Source of the DNA: Thermoplasmatota archaeon
GTDB lineage: Archaea; Thermoplasmatota; E2; DHVEG-1
Length of the DNA stretch: 36,038 bases
Assembly: GCA_030612095.1 (NCBI GenBank)
Contig: JAUWOO010000002.1
Location: 1 to 36,038, forward strand
Reading direction: 5' to 3'
Both the position numbers and the translations under genes were made by a program. The notes under the pieces are model-generated. The model saw only the letters and a list, made by a program, of their open reading frames with translations. It did not search any database and was not told where the DNA came from. Below are positions 23,454 to 33,260 of the stretch, piece by piece; position 1 is the first letter of the stretch, and each line of letters begins with the position of its first letter.

Positions 23454-24916
23454 TGTCGTGTAACTTCTAAAACTACATAGTTTTGTAACTCCAAAATTCC
23501 ATAGTTGAGACGTTACTTGTCTGTTTTTACAGGTAGGTAATATTGTGGAAACGATTTACGATTTGGAATATGTTCAGAAGCGTTTGAAGTATGTTCTACT
23601 TATCAGAGATGGTCACATGACCATTTCTGAAGGGGCTAGAAAAGCAGGGGTTACATGGAAAACAATGAAAAGCTGGATTCATCGATACAATGAATGTGGT
23701 ATCAAAGGCCTTCTTAACAAACCACGTGGCCGTTTGAATCCAGTTCCTGGTAATATAAAGCAGATCATTGTTGATATCAAGACCGAGAATCGAAGTCGGA
23801 GTGGTAGAAAGATACGGGATATACTGCTTGAGGGGCAAGGGATATCTTTACATCGTCAGACTGTGTGGGCTGTGTTAAAAGCAGTAGGTGAAAATAAACG
23901 GGTTAAACAGACATTCAAAGTGTATCATGATTTTGAAAGATCGCGGCCTAACAGCCTGTGGCAAGTAGATTTTATGGAAGGGATAGTACTAGAGGGCGTT
24001 GGCCTGGTTTATCTGCTTGTGTTTATTGATGATCATTCAAGAAAGATCGTAGGTGCTAGATTTGTTACAGAAATGACTGAACAAAATGTACTTGAAATAC
24101 TCTGGTGGACAATCGAACAGCATGGAATACCATCGCAAATATACTCTGATCAGGGAACACAATTCAAGAGTCATTGGGGGAAGGGGCATACCAGATTTGA
24201 GAAGGTCTGCAAACGATTGGGTATAGGAACCATATTTGCTTCTGTTAGATACCCCGAGGGAAAAGGAAAGATTGAAAGATTGTTTGGATTTATTCAGGAC
24301 GACTTCCTCCCCGAATTTAGATTCATTAGTTTTGATGATATAAATCAAAAGTTCGATGAATGGGTAAAATGGTATAATGAAAAACATGAACATTCTTCAT
24401 TGTGTGGTTATCCACCCGATAGTAGATATAAGAATTTCACACCACGTATGCCTGAAGGGGATATGTTCAAAATCTTTGCTGAACATGTGACAAGAAAGGT
24501 GAGGAAGAATGCAACAATATCTCTGAATTGCAATGTTTATCCAGTAGATCCAGAATATGTGAACGAAAAAGTGAATGTACTGGTATTTGGCAATCTGGTG
24601 AGGATATATGGAAACTCAAAGCTACTTGGTGAATATGATTCGCAAGTAAATTATCGTGAAAAAATGCTGAGACGGGTCCATACACGGTTGGTCAAGAAGG
24701 ATGGGATGATAAAATTCCAGAATGAGAAATATCACATTGGAATTGAATTTGTTGGGAAAAGAGTGGATCTTGTGATAATCCGAAATCAGTTACGAGCGTT
24801 CTTGGATTCTAAGCACTTGCAAATTTTTAAATTGAGGGAACGCGATGCACTTATTGTAAAAGTAGATAGGTAATTTAAGAGTTACAAAATTGTGTAATTT
24901 AGGAAGTTACATGACA
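23454..24916 (+). mobile_element. IS481-family-like insertion sequence, 1463 bp
   Basis: TGT...ACA ends; 47-bp imperfect TIRs (38/47 identical); flanked by direct repeat GTAAAGG at 23447-23453 and 24917-24923. Confidence 0.92.
23545..24873 (+). CDS. DDE transposase (rve integrase core, IS481-like)
   Basis: N-terminal HTHs; WQVD, IDDHSR, YSDQGTQF, KGKIERLF, WYNEKHEHSSL; two C-terminal Mu-like beta-barrel repeats. Confidence 0.93.
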   Translation: METIYDLEYVQKRLKYVLLIRDGHMTISEGARKAGVTWKTMKSWIHRYNECGIKGLLNKPRGRLNPVPGNIKQIIVDIKTENRSRSGRKIRDILLEGQGISLHRQTVWAVLKAVGENKRVKQTFKVYHDFERSRPNSLWQVDFMEGIVLEGVGLVYLLVFIDDHSRKIVGARFVTEMTEQNVLEILWWTIEQHGIPSQIYSDQGTQFKSHWGKGHTRFEKVCKRLGIGTIFASVRYPEGKGKIERLFGFIQDDFLPEFRFISFDDINQKFDEWVKWYNEKHEHSSLCGYPPDSRYKNFTPRMPEGDMFKIFAEHVTRKVRKNATISLNCNVYPVDPEYVNEKVNVLVFGNLVRIYGNSKLLGEYDSQVNYREKMLRRVHTRLVKKDGMIKFQNEKYHIGIEFVGKRVDLVIIRNQLRAFLDSKHLQIFKLRERDALIVKVDR

Positions 24917-25120
24917 GTAAAGGTGAAAAATGTTTTGAAAAAACACGATACATCCAGAGTTTGACCATACTAGTTGATTCATGTTCCATGTCCAAACATA
25001 GCGCTTTTCATTAATCAGCCAACTTTTCAAAGCGTTTGAAAATAGAACAAGTCATAAATTGTTATAACAAAATATCTTTTAAAGGTGATATGACATTACC
25101 TCAAATGTAGAAGGGAAACA

Positions 25121-26830
25121 ATGGATGGGAAAATTACTAGGAATATAGGAAGAACGAAGAGCATTACTAGCTTAAAAGGCAAACCAAAGATAGCTTACCT
25201 TTCCATGGAAATAGGTATCGACGAACATATACCAACATACAGCGGTGGTCTTGGCATTCTAGCTGGTGACACAATTAAATCATGTGCTGATCTTAATGTT
25301 CCCATTGTAGGCATTACGCTTCTCTGTGAGAACGGTTATTTCTACCAAAAAATAGATGAAAATGGCAATCAGATTGAACTTCCCATACAGTTTGCCGTTT
25401 CAGATCTTCTTAAGTTGCTACCAAGTACAACTAGTGTAACAATTGAAGGCAGGGAAGTAAAGCTTCGTGTTTGGTACTATCAGTTCAAAGGCATAAACGG
25501 CTACGTTGTTCCTGTTTTTTACCTTGACTCGAATATAGAAGGAAATGATGCGTGGGATATGGGACTTACAAAACACCTCTATGGCGGTGATAACAAATAC
25601 CGGCTTGCTCAAGAAATTATTCTCGGCATAGGCGGCATTCGAATGCTACAAGCACTTGGATATAAGACAATTGACAAATATCATATGAATGAGGGGCATG
25701 CCGCTCTTGGCACTCTTGAGCTCTACCGGCAACTAAAGGACGTTGAAAAAGTGCGAAAACGATGTGTATTTACCACACACACTCCTGTGGCCGCTGGTCA
25801 CGATCAATTTGAGCTTTCATATGCCAAATCAATGCTGGGCGATATACTTCCTGAGGATATTCTAGGTAATATTACATTTGAAAATAAGTTAAACATGACC
25901 CGACTTGCACTGTTTTTCAGCCATTACGTAAATGGCGTTGCAAAGAAACATGGAGAAGTATCAAGATTAATGTTTCCGGGACACTCCATAGATTCTATTA
26001 CAAATGGTGTTCATACTTCCACTTGGGTCTCAGAACCGTTCCAAAAACTTTTTGACAAACAGATACCCGGATGGCGATCTGATTCATATATGCTAAGATC
26101 CGCATTTAGCCTTGATAAAGATGAGATATGGAACGCACATATGGATGCGAAGAAAAAACTTATTAATTTTGTGAACGAAAGATATAATGCCGGCATGAAC
26201 TACAATGACTTCACAATAGGATTTGCCAGGAGACAAACCGCATATAAAAGACCCGATATGTTGATATCTGATCCAAATAGATTGACACAAATTGCAGAAA
26301 AAGCAGGACCGATACAGATAATCTACGCAGGAAAGGCACATCCCAAAGATGAATCAGGTAGGGATGCAATAAAGAAAATTTTTGAAATTATGAAAACCAT
26401 CCAGGGTAAAGTAAAGATAACCTATATACAAAACTATGACATGATGATTGGCAAAATGATGACTGCTGGCACTGACATTTGGCTTAACACGCCCAGACGA
26501 CCGCGAGAAGCTTCAGGAACTTCAGGCATGAAAGCAGCCCATAATGGAGTTCCCCAGTTTAGCACTCTTGACGGCTGGTGGCTTGAGGGACATATAGAAA
26601 ACATAACCGGTTGGGCAATAGGACCTGAAAAAACGGAAGATGAAGAATCAGATGATGAAAATGATAGAAATGACTTATACAACAAGCTTGAAACATGGAT
26701 AATACCAAAATTCTATGGCGATCGAGACAATTGGGTACGGACAATGCGGAGTTGTATTGCGATAAACGCATCATTCTTTAATACAGACAGGATGGTTCAG
26801 CAATATGTGTTAAATGCGTATTTCAGATGA
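25121..26830 (+). CDS. glgP: Alpha-glucan (glycogen/maltodextrin) phosphorylase, short type
   Basis: YSGGLGILAGD, RLAQEIILGIGG, NEGH, ARRQTAYKR, AGKAHP, PLP-site EASGTSGMKAA. Confidence 0.95.
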   Translation: MDGKITRNIGRTKSITSLKGKPKIAYLSMEIGIDEHIPTYSGGLGILAGDTIKSCADLNVPIVGITLLCENGYFYQKIDENGNQIELPIQFAVSDLLKLLPSTTSVTIEGREVKLRVWYYQFKGINGYVVPVFYLDSNIEGNDAWDMGLTKHLYGGDNKYRLAQEIILGIGGIRMLQALGYKTIDKYHMNEGHAALGTLELYRQLKDVEKVRKRCVFTTHTPVAAGHDQFELSYAKSMLGDILPEDILGNITFENKLNMTRLALFFSHYVNGVAKKHGEVSRLMFPGHSIDSITNGVHTSTWVSEPFQKLFDKQIPGWRSDSYMLRSAFSLDKDEIWNAHMDAKKKLINFVNERYNAGMNYNDFTIGFARRQTAYKRPDMLISDPNRLTQIAEKAGPIQIIYAGKAHPKDESGRDAIKKIFEIMKTIQGKVKITYIQNYDMMIGKMMTAGTDIWLNTPRRPREASGTSGMKAAHNGVPQFSTLDGWWLEGHIENITGWAIGPEKTEDEESDDENDRNDLYNKLETWIIPKFYGDRDNWVRTMRSCIAINASFFNTDRMVQQYVLNAYFR

Positions 26831-28675
26831 TGTAAAAATATTCTCATATTTTGGTGATATATTTTCTATATCTTCGACCCATGCTCTAAGTATTTCAGAG
26901 ACACTCCAAGTCTGCGAGATACAGCCTCTAGGCGCATATGGAGAATCTCCATCAAATATTTCATATATAGATCCATCCCAATTTTCACCGAACACATCAA
27001 ACATAGGTTTTAAAAAATTCTCAAACGCATATTCTCTACACGAAGGTTCATTATTTTTGACTTTAACAAACGCTTTAATAAATGACCCCAGTAGCCAAGG
27101 CCATACTGTCCCATTATGATATGCAACATCTCTGTTGTGATACCCAATATAATTCCCTTTATACTCTAAAGCATCTGGCGACAATGTTCGTAAGCCAAAG
27201 ATGGTGACTAGTTTCTCCTGTATGATTTCTACAATCTTTTCTTGTGATTCTTTATTTATCATGGAAAAATCAAGAGAAGTAAGAAATATCAAGTTAGGTC
27301 TTAATGACAGATCTTTGGTATCAATGACATCATATTGCTGATCGAATTGCTTGTTAAAACTTTCTTTTACCTTTTCAGAAAGATCAAAATAAATATCATC
27401 CTTGCCCAAGAACCTCGAAAGATTGCTCATTATATTTAGTGCATTATACCATAAAGCCTGAATTTCAACTGCTTTTTTCGACCGAGGCGTAGGATAATAA
27501 TCTCCAATCTTTACATCCATCCATGTAAGTCCTGGTTCGTGACTTATAAGAAAGTCATTATCCATGTGGATGCCATAATCAGTTCCATTTTTGTAACCAT
27601 CAATAATGGAACATAACGTCCCCCATACGTCCCTTAAGAAATTTAGATCATTAGTGTACTTTAGATACTGATACACTCTATCCACATACCACAGAGATGC
27701 ATCTACCGTATTGTATACTGCCTTGGAATCGCGATCCATAAACACATTTGGAATGAGGCCATTTCTACAGTATCTGCTAAAACCCAGAAGTATTTGTTTT
27801 GCATCATCAAATCTATTCGTAACAAGTGCTATACCTGGAAGTGAAATTAATGCATCTCGCCCCCAATCACTAAACCAATGATACCCAGCAACAATAGATT
27901 TACCGTCGCCTTTTTTTACAATAAAATTATCTGTTGATAAAACCAGTTTTTCAAATTTACTTGATAAGTTTGCCCGTTCAAGTAAATCTTTTTTCCTTTG
28001 GATTTCTCTTGAATATACCGTAGAGGGATTGTTATCGAATTCATCTTCGAGTGTAAAAATCAGATAGTATTCACATGAGTTATTGATTTTTTTGCAGAAA
28101 TTCCCAATAAGTAAATTATGATCCATAAATGAGTCGTTTCTTTCCGAATCTTTTTCATAATGTAACTCTTTCCAATACTCTGATGGTTCATATGCAGAAT
28201 CGCAAAGTATGATCTTAAGCTTTTTATTTATATTACTTGGACTGATACAAACACCCTGTTCAAAAACATCTTGCTTAAATGAAACAGAGCCTTGCGTAGT
28301 TATATCGTAAAAATGTCTGGAGTTTATTACAGGATTATGAAACATTGATATTGGTTTATTTGTTTTAAATTCATATTTAACAATTGTAGTGTTTCTTTCA
28401 TGAGGCATAAAAATTGTTTTTTTGATTTTTACTCCTTCAACATCATAAGAAAAAGATGGGAACATATCAAAAGTAAACCTGCATTTAAAATCATTCAAAC
28501 TGTAAAATCTATCTTCAGCCAATATTTTATCATATATATTTGACACAAAAACCCATCTTTCAGTAGGTGGATTCAGACTAGCAACCAACAGCCCATGAAA
28601 CTTCCGAGTATTGTCATTAGAATGTGTTAAAGAAGCATAGCTGCCAAGACCATTTGTAACAATCCATTCTCGCAT
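26810..28675 (-). CDS. Glycogen debranching enzyme (amylo-alpha-1,6-glucosidase, GH133-like)
   Basis: EWIVTNGLGSYAS, AGYHWFSDWGRD, YNTVDASLW, TWMD, YHNGTVWPW, GCISQTWSVSE. Confidence 0.93.
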   Translation of the reverse strand: MREWIVTNGLGSYASLTHSNDNTRKFHGLLVASLNPPTERWVFVSNIYDKILAEDRFYSLNDFKCRFTFDMFPSFSYDVEGVKIKKTIFMPHERNTTIVKYEFKTNKPISMFHNPVINSRHFYDITTQGSVSFKQDVFEQGVCISPSNINKKLKIILCDSAYEPSEYWKELHYEKDSERNDSFMDHNLLIGNFCKKINNSCEYYLIFTLEDEFDNNPSTVYSREIQRKKDLLERANLSSKFEKLVLSTDNFIVKKGDGKSIVAGYHWFSDWGRDALISLPGIALVTNRFDDAKQILLGFSRYCRNGLIPNVFMDRDSKAVYNTVDASLWYVDRVYQYLKYTNDLNFLRDVWGTLCSIIDGYKNGTDYGIHMDNDFLISHEPGLTWMDVKIGDYYPTPRSKKAVEIQALWYNALNIMSNLSRFLGKDDIYFDLSEKVKESFNKQFDQQYDVIDTKDLSLRPNLIFLTSLDFSMINKESQEKIVEIIQEKLVTIFGLRTLSPDALEYKGNYIGYHNRDVAYHNGTVWPWLLGSFIKAFVKVKNNEPSCREYAFENFLKPMFDVFGENWDGSIYEIFDGDSPYAPRGCISQTWSVSEILRAWVEDIENISPKYENIFTSSEIRI

Positions 28676-28819
28676 AGTCTCTTATAACCTCATTTATTCA
28701 AGTTTAGGATTAGACAGGGGAATTCTTAGTTGCAAATGTGTCAAACACATCAAAGATAAATCATAGAAGTCCCCCTCACAAAAGAGAAACTGGACTCCCA
28801 TCAACTCTCCTCACCAAAT

Positions 28820-30001
28820 TTAGGATATTTTTTGCTTTAAATCCTGCAGGACATTCATATAATTAATGAAACCATCATATGGGCCATCATAATGGCTGAA
28901 ATATGCATGTACATCACCATCTTCAAGTCCCTTGGTGGAAACATAATATAGATGATCAGATGTTTGAAGTCTACGCCAAACGTTTAGTAACTCCTCATCT
29001 CCCCGTTTTTTTAATTTTTTTCCAATGTCCTTTAATTCATTGAAGCAAGCAAATTGCATATCATTCCCGAGCCAAGTAGATACATCACGATCTGCATCAG
29101 CCCATGATATAGCCCATGGAACATCAATCTCACCCACAGGTTGATACCTATCAACTGCTTCACTAACTGTAACAAAATCAAGTTGTTCGTGTTTTAGAGC
29201 CTCATTAGGTAGATGACCAAGGAAATCAAAAATCCCAGTTTCCGTCCATTGATGCTCCCCAAAAGTCTCATAATCTATGAACAAATTGATCAGGTCTCCC
29301 TCACAACGAGACATCCAACGGGCATATTTATCAGCGGTTAGGGGAAAACCCGGCCAATGACGAGACGAGAACCTGAAACCAATATCATCGCTTAAAGAAT
29401 AATTTCTCAATAAAACCTTAATGTCAGAATTAATTGGCCTATATAGGTAATTTGGTGAACGCCACCCCAATATCTTCTCCGTACCTTCCGTTATGATTCC
29501 CTTGTATCCCATTTCTCCAATTTTTTTAGCTATGCGATTATCATAAATCGCCTCTGTGTTACGGAAAACCTTTGGTTCATAGTTGAATAGTCTCTTAATC
29601 ATCTGGCGATGCATCATTATCTGTTCTTCAAATTCATCAAGATCATCATACAAACCCGATAAAGAGTGGAAATATGTTTCCTCAATCATATCAACAGCGC
29701 CTGTTGCAAATAATTTTTTAAAACTATCAATGACTGAAGGCATAAACCGTTCACAGTATTCAACAAATGTACCAGTGAGACTAAACGATATCCTGAATTT
29801 GCCATCGAATTCATTAATCAAATTAAGTAACAAATTGTTAGTAGGAAGGTAGCATTTTTTCGCTACTTTTTCAAATATCTCATGATTTAACTTATTGTTA
29901 AAATAATTAGAGGTGCCAGCATTATTACCTATATTAAAAACTGAAAAACGATTCAATCTCATCGGTTGATGAACTTCAAAATACATACATATTGAGGTCA
30001 T
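28820..30001 (-). CDS. GH57 alpha-amylase (MJA1-like)
   Basis: FEVHQP, ETYFHSL, FRNTE, LSDDIGFRFS, DYETFGEHQ, QTSDH. Confidence 0.93.
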   Translation of the reverse strand: MTSICMYFEVHQPMRLNRFSVFNIGNNAGTSNYFNNKLNHEIFEKVAKKCYLPTNNLLLNLINEFDGKFRISFSLTGTFVEYCERFMPSVIDSFKKLFATGAVDMIEETYFHSLSGLYDDLDEFEEQIMMHRQMIKRLFNYEPKVFRNTEAIYDNRIAKKIGEMGYKGIITEGTEKILGWRSPNYLYRPINSDIKVLLRNYSLSDDIGFRFSSRHWPGFPLTADKYARWMSRCEGDLINLFIDYETFGEHQWTETGIFDFLGHLPNEALKHEQLDFVTVSEAVDRYQPVGEIDVPWAISWADADRDVSTWLGNDMQFACFNELKDIGKKLKKRGDEELLNVWRRLQTSDHLYYVSTKGLEDGDVHAYFSHYDGPYDGFINYMNVLQDLKQKIS

Positions 30002-30002
30002 G

Positions 30003-31118
30003 TTACATCACTCTATTGTATACGTCAATTGTTTTTTCTGCGACGCGATCCCATGTAAACAGATCTAACTCACGTTTTCCCTCTGTAGCCAATGTCTTGT
30101 GTAACGGATCATATCTCAACAAAGATATAATTTTATTTGCCATTTCATCAGTATCCCAAAAATCAACTCGTAAACAATTTTGAAAAGCCTCAGAGAAGCC
30201 AGCAGTTTTAGACGCAATAGTGGGAGTACCAGCAGAGACGGCTTCAAGAGCGGTTATGCCAAAAGGTTCACTAACAGAAGGCATAACATAAACATTAGAG
30301 ATTCTGTAAATATGTCTAACTTCTTCCTCAGTTAACAATCCAGTGAAAATAACTTTGCTAGAGATTCCCATATCAACAGCCTGGTTAATCAAACGAGGTA
30401 ACATGTCACCTGTACCGGCAACAACAAAACGGGAATCTGGCTCATATTCTAACACTTTTTTGGCAGCACGAAGGAAGAACTCGGCCCCTTTTTGAATCGT
30501 AAGTCTACCCAAAAACAATACAATCTCCTGTTTTTCGCCCTCTCCGATCGGATAAACAGCATTATAAACAACACTAATTTTATCGGGATTTATCCCATAT
30601 TTATCAACAATAACGCTTTTTGTAAAATGACTCACAGCAATAATACGATCTGCTTTTTCCATGCCTTCCCGCTCAATGTTGATAAACCAATCATTAGGGC
30701 ATATCCAACCAGAGCGATCATATTCGGTTGAATGAACACTTAGAATAAGTGGTATACCCAGCTTTTCCTTCAACGCCACACCAGCTTTCATTGTAAGCCA
30801 ATCATGACAATGAATCAAATCATAATTACCTTTTACTTTTTCAACAACCAGATCATTATATCGATATACACTTTCAAAAAACTGGCCGGCAAGTTCCTTA
30901 TCTTCAGGGCGATCATAGGGGAATATTTCAGTCTCCCCAACCTCTTTTATAACCAAATTTTTCTTACCACTGTTGCCTGCACTATGTTTAGTCTTAGGCA
31001 TATAAAAATCTACTTTTACATTTTCATCAGCAAGACTACGGGTGAGCCCATAACAATGAGTACCTAATCCACCTGCCTTAAACGGCGGATATTCCCAGCC
31101 AATCATTGCTACTTTCAT
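30003..31118 (-). CDS. GT4 glycosyltransferase, probable glycogen synthase
   Basis: WEYPPFKAGGLG, HCHDW, HSTEYDRSG, GRLTIQKG, PSVSEPFGITALEA; directly upstream of GH57 and the debranching gene. Confidence 0.88.
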   Translation of the reverse strand: MKVAMIGWEYPPFKAGGLGTHCYGLTRSLADENVKVDFYMPKTKHSAGNSGKKNLVIKEVGETEIFPYDRPEDKELAGQFFESVYRYNDLVVEKVKGNYDLIHCHDWLTMKAGVALKEKLGIPLILSVHSTEYDRSGWICPNDWFINIEREGMEKADRIIAVSHFTKSVIVDKYGINPDKISVVYNAVYPIGEGEKQEIVLFLGRLTIQKGAEFFLRAAKKVLEYEPDSRFVVAGTGDMLPRLINQAVDMGISSKVIFTGLLTEEEVRHIYRISNVYVMPSVSEPFGITALEAVSAGTPTIASKTAGFSEAFQNCLRVDFWDTDEMANKIISLLRYDPLHKTLATEGKRELDLFTWDRVAEKTIDVYNRVM

Positions 31119-31222
31119 TTACATACTCCATACTATTAACTAAATTAACCTTACATTCACACGGGTCATTGAATTTAGACCAATATCCATCTTTCTTCCA
31201 CCATTTATTCTTTAATCGCAAA

Positions 31223-31621
31223 TTATTTTAAATTATACATTTGTTTTTCGTTAATATATATCTTGCCTTCTTTAGCAAGCCAACCAAGTGCAGAACATGC
31301 TTCTTTCTCACCCATATCTGCCAATCGTCTTATTGTAGAAATGTTGACTTCTCCCCAAATATCCATTACTCCCCACACTATACCTGCATTATTACCAATT
31401 TCAGAAGTTAAGTTTGTAGCACCTAGCCCATAATGGACTTCATCTTCTTCAAATACCTTGTTTTCCCTAGCAAGCCAGCCTATTCCGGCATAGAACTCAT
31501 TTTCGTTGAGTTGTGTAGCTTTTAATATTTTATCTTTTTCAAGACATCTTTGTCCTTCTAAGGCAGCCCATATTTTCCCTGCACCCATTTCAAAGTTAAC
31601 TGTTAAACTCCTCACAAGCAT
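31223..31621 (-). CDS. Tandem DUF2582-like winged-helix protein
   Basis: Two repeats: GAGKIW...AGIGWLARENK and GNNAGIVW...ALGWLAKEGK; RBS GGAGG upstream. Confidence 0.8.
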   Translation of the reverse strand: MLVRSLTVNFEMGAGKIWAALEGQRCLEKDKILKATQLNENEFYAGIGWLARENKVFEEDEVHYGLGATNLTSEIGNNAGIVWGVMDIWGEVNISTIRRLADMGEKEACSALGWLAKEGKIYINEKQMYNLK

Positions 31622-32185
31622 CCTCCAATGTAAATTACGTTATGAAATACTTCAATATAAGTCTATCTAAAAAATAGAGAAAAATCAATCGTAAATTTTA
31701 TCAAATATTGTCTTAAGCAAGGAGGTAAAGTAATAAACTAGATGTAGAAAAGATGGAAATCCATAGAAAAAATTAGAGTATTTATGATAGGAAAAGCAGG
31801 GTAAAAAGTTCTCATGAAAAACAACTATTTCGACTAAAGAAAAGTTGAAAAATAAACAATCACATGGTCATTTAGACGACTACTACTTTCCAAATATCAG
31901 AGTTAATATTGTTATTCAATCATTCCAGATTATTGGTTCACGTCTATTTGGAGATATTAGGCTTAAAATTGATTTGTTCATTTTTAGTTCGATTTCAAAA
32001 AATTCATCATTCATTTCGCTCAATATTATTATAATTTATATATTTAAATATTTTTCGTACTATATTATCGGCAGGTAACGATAAAAAGTGAAAAGAGGGG
32101 TTTTAGTGAGTTGTTCATTAGCCTCTTTGCACAACGAGCTAAACAATCAAGAGCGGTCAAGCAAAAACTCCACAAGATATGAAAA

Positions 32186-32259
32186 CGGGCTTGAGGGGAT
32201 TCGAACCCCTGGCCGATCGGTTAAGAGCCGATTGCTCCACCTAGCTGAGCTACAAGCCC
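32186..32259 (-). tRNA. tRNA-Lys(CUU), no intron, CCA not encoded
   Basis: GGGCTTG...CAAGCCC-G acceptor stem; anticodon arm ATCGG-CT-CTT-AA-CCGAT; T-loop GGTTCGAATCC. Confidence 0.97.
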
Positions 32260-32297
32260 AAAAATTAAGAAATCACGCCGAAAACAAATGATGCCTA

Positions 32298-32966
32298 TTA
32301 ATGTTTTTCTTCCAATAATTTCTTTATCTCTGATTCATCTACTTTCGATATGTATTTAGCATCGATACTGTCTGTGATATATACATCTTTACCAGCATGA
32401 TATATATTTATACCATCCTCCCTTGCCTTTGCACCATCTATACTTAGAATGAGTGGATCGTCTGTTCTTACTCGTCCTGCCTCAATAGCTTTTTCTATAC
32501 TACCACTCAGATGTACCTTTCTTCGATCTACAGGGTACAAACCCCCCTCAATTATCATATCAGCTTCCTCTTCAGTGACTGGATAGTAAAATTCATCTAT
32601 CTCAGCAGGTGGAAGATCATCAAGACTCACGTCGATAGAATGGCCGTATGTCGCTCGCACCATGCCCCCATCAACCTGATATCTACCCCTCTGATCGGTA
32701 GCTACTAATGCCTCTATGTGGTGAACGCGGAGCCAATTGAAACCAGATCTACTAGTACCTATAGCATCAATCAATGATGAAATATGCACCCAACCTTTTC
32801 CATCCATCATCAACCCAAGTTTTTCAGGGAAATGACGTAACGCACCGGCAATAATGCGGCTTAACGAATTAAGCTCTTGATCACTCATCAGGAATTTTCC
32901 TTTTTTATCACAGACGGGGCAAAAATCCCCGCGGTAATACCCATGTTCCTCGCATTCAGACAACAT
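32298..32966 (-). CDS. kptA: RNA 2'-phosphotransferase (Tpt1/KptA) with archaeal N-terminal CxxH/CPxC element
   Basis: ALRHFP, RYQ, RATYGHS, RRKVHLS catalytic motifs. Confidence 0.94.
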   Translation of the reverse strand: MLSECEEHGYYRGDFCPVCDKKGKFLMSDQELNSLSRIIAGALRHFPEKLGLMMDGKGWVHISSLIDAIGTSRSGFNWLRVHHIEALVATDQRGRYQVDGGMVRATYGHSIDVSLDDLPPAEIDEFYYPVTEEEADMIIEGGLYPVDRRKVHLSGSIEKAIEAGRVRTDDPLILSIDGAKAREDGINIYHAGKDVYITDSIDAKYISKVDESEIKKLLEEKH

Positions 32967-33185
32967 ATTCTCATAACTGTAATCTAGATATTAAGTATAA
33001 ATTTTTGGCTTTGTAATGATATTATTTTCATAAAAAACAATTCAAAGACAAGTGAAGTTACTTGGTTGCGTTGTTGTCAAGCAGTAACAGGAGTAAATGA
33101 TAAGAAAAAAATAAAATTTAGCACGACTAAAATTATTCACAATAAAAATAGCCGTGTTAAATTATATCTAAAAAGGAGAAATAAC

Positions 33186-33260
33186 ATGGAAAGGAAAATA
33201 ATTGTAATAGAAATATGTGCGTTGTTACTTTTCACGAAGAAGGACCAGGATGGAATTTAG
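33186..33260 (+). pseudogene. Probable truncated 5' remnant of a secreted-protein gene (signal peptide only)
   Basis: RBS AAGGAG then MERKIIVIEICALLLFT; the frame stops within the 3' end of the convergent Zn-finger ORF. Confidence 0.35.

Noticed and set aside
31916..32014. 32-aa minus-strand sORF / box C-like ATGATGA in the intergenic region
   Set aside because: No canonical box D, no recognisable protein motif; very AT-rich sequence.
31845..32291. ORF-track ORFs 31845-32078 and 32088-32291
   Set aside because: Low-complexity composition; the second runs antisense through tRNA-Lys.
33145..33172. TTATATCTAAA resembling an archaeal dif half-site
   Set aside because: No matching inverted left arm; more likely a TATA element for the downstream stub.
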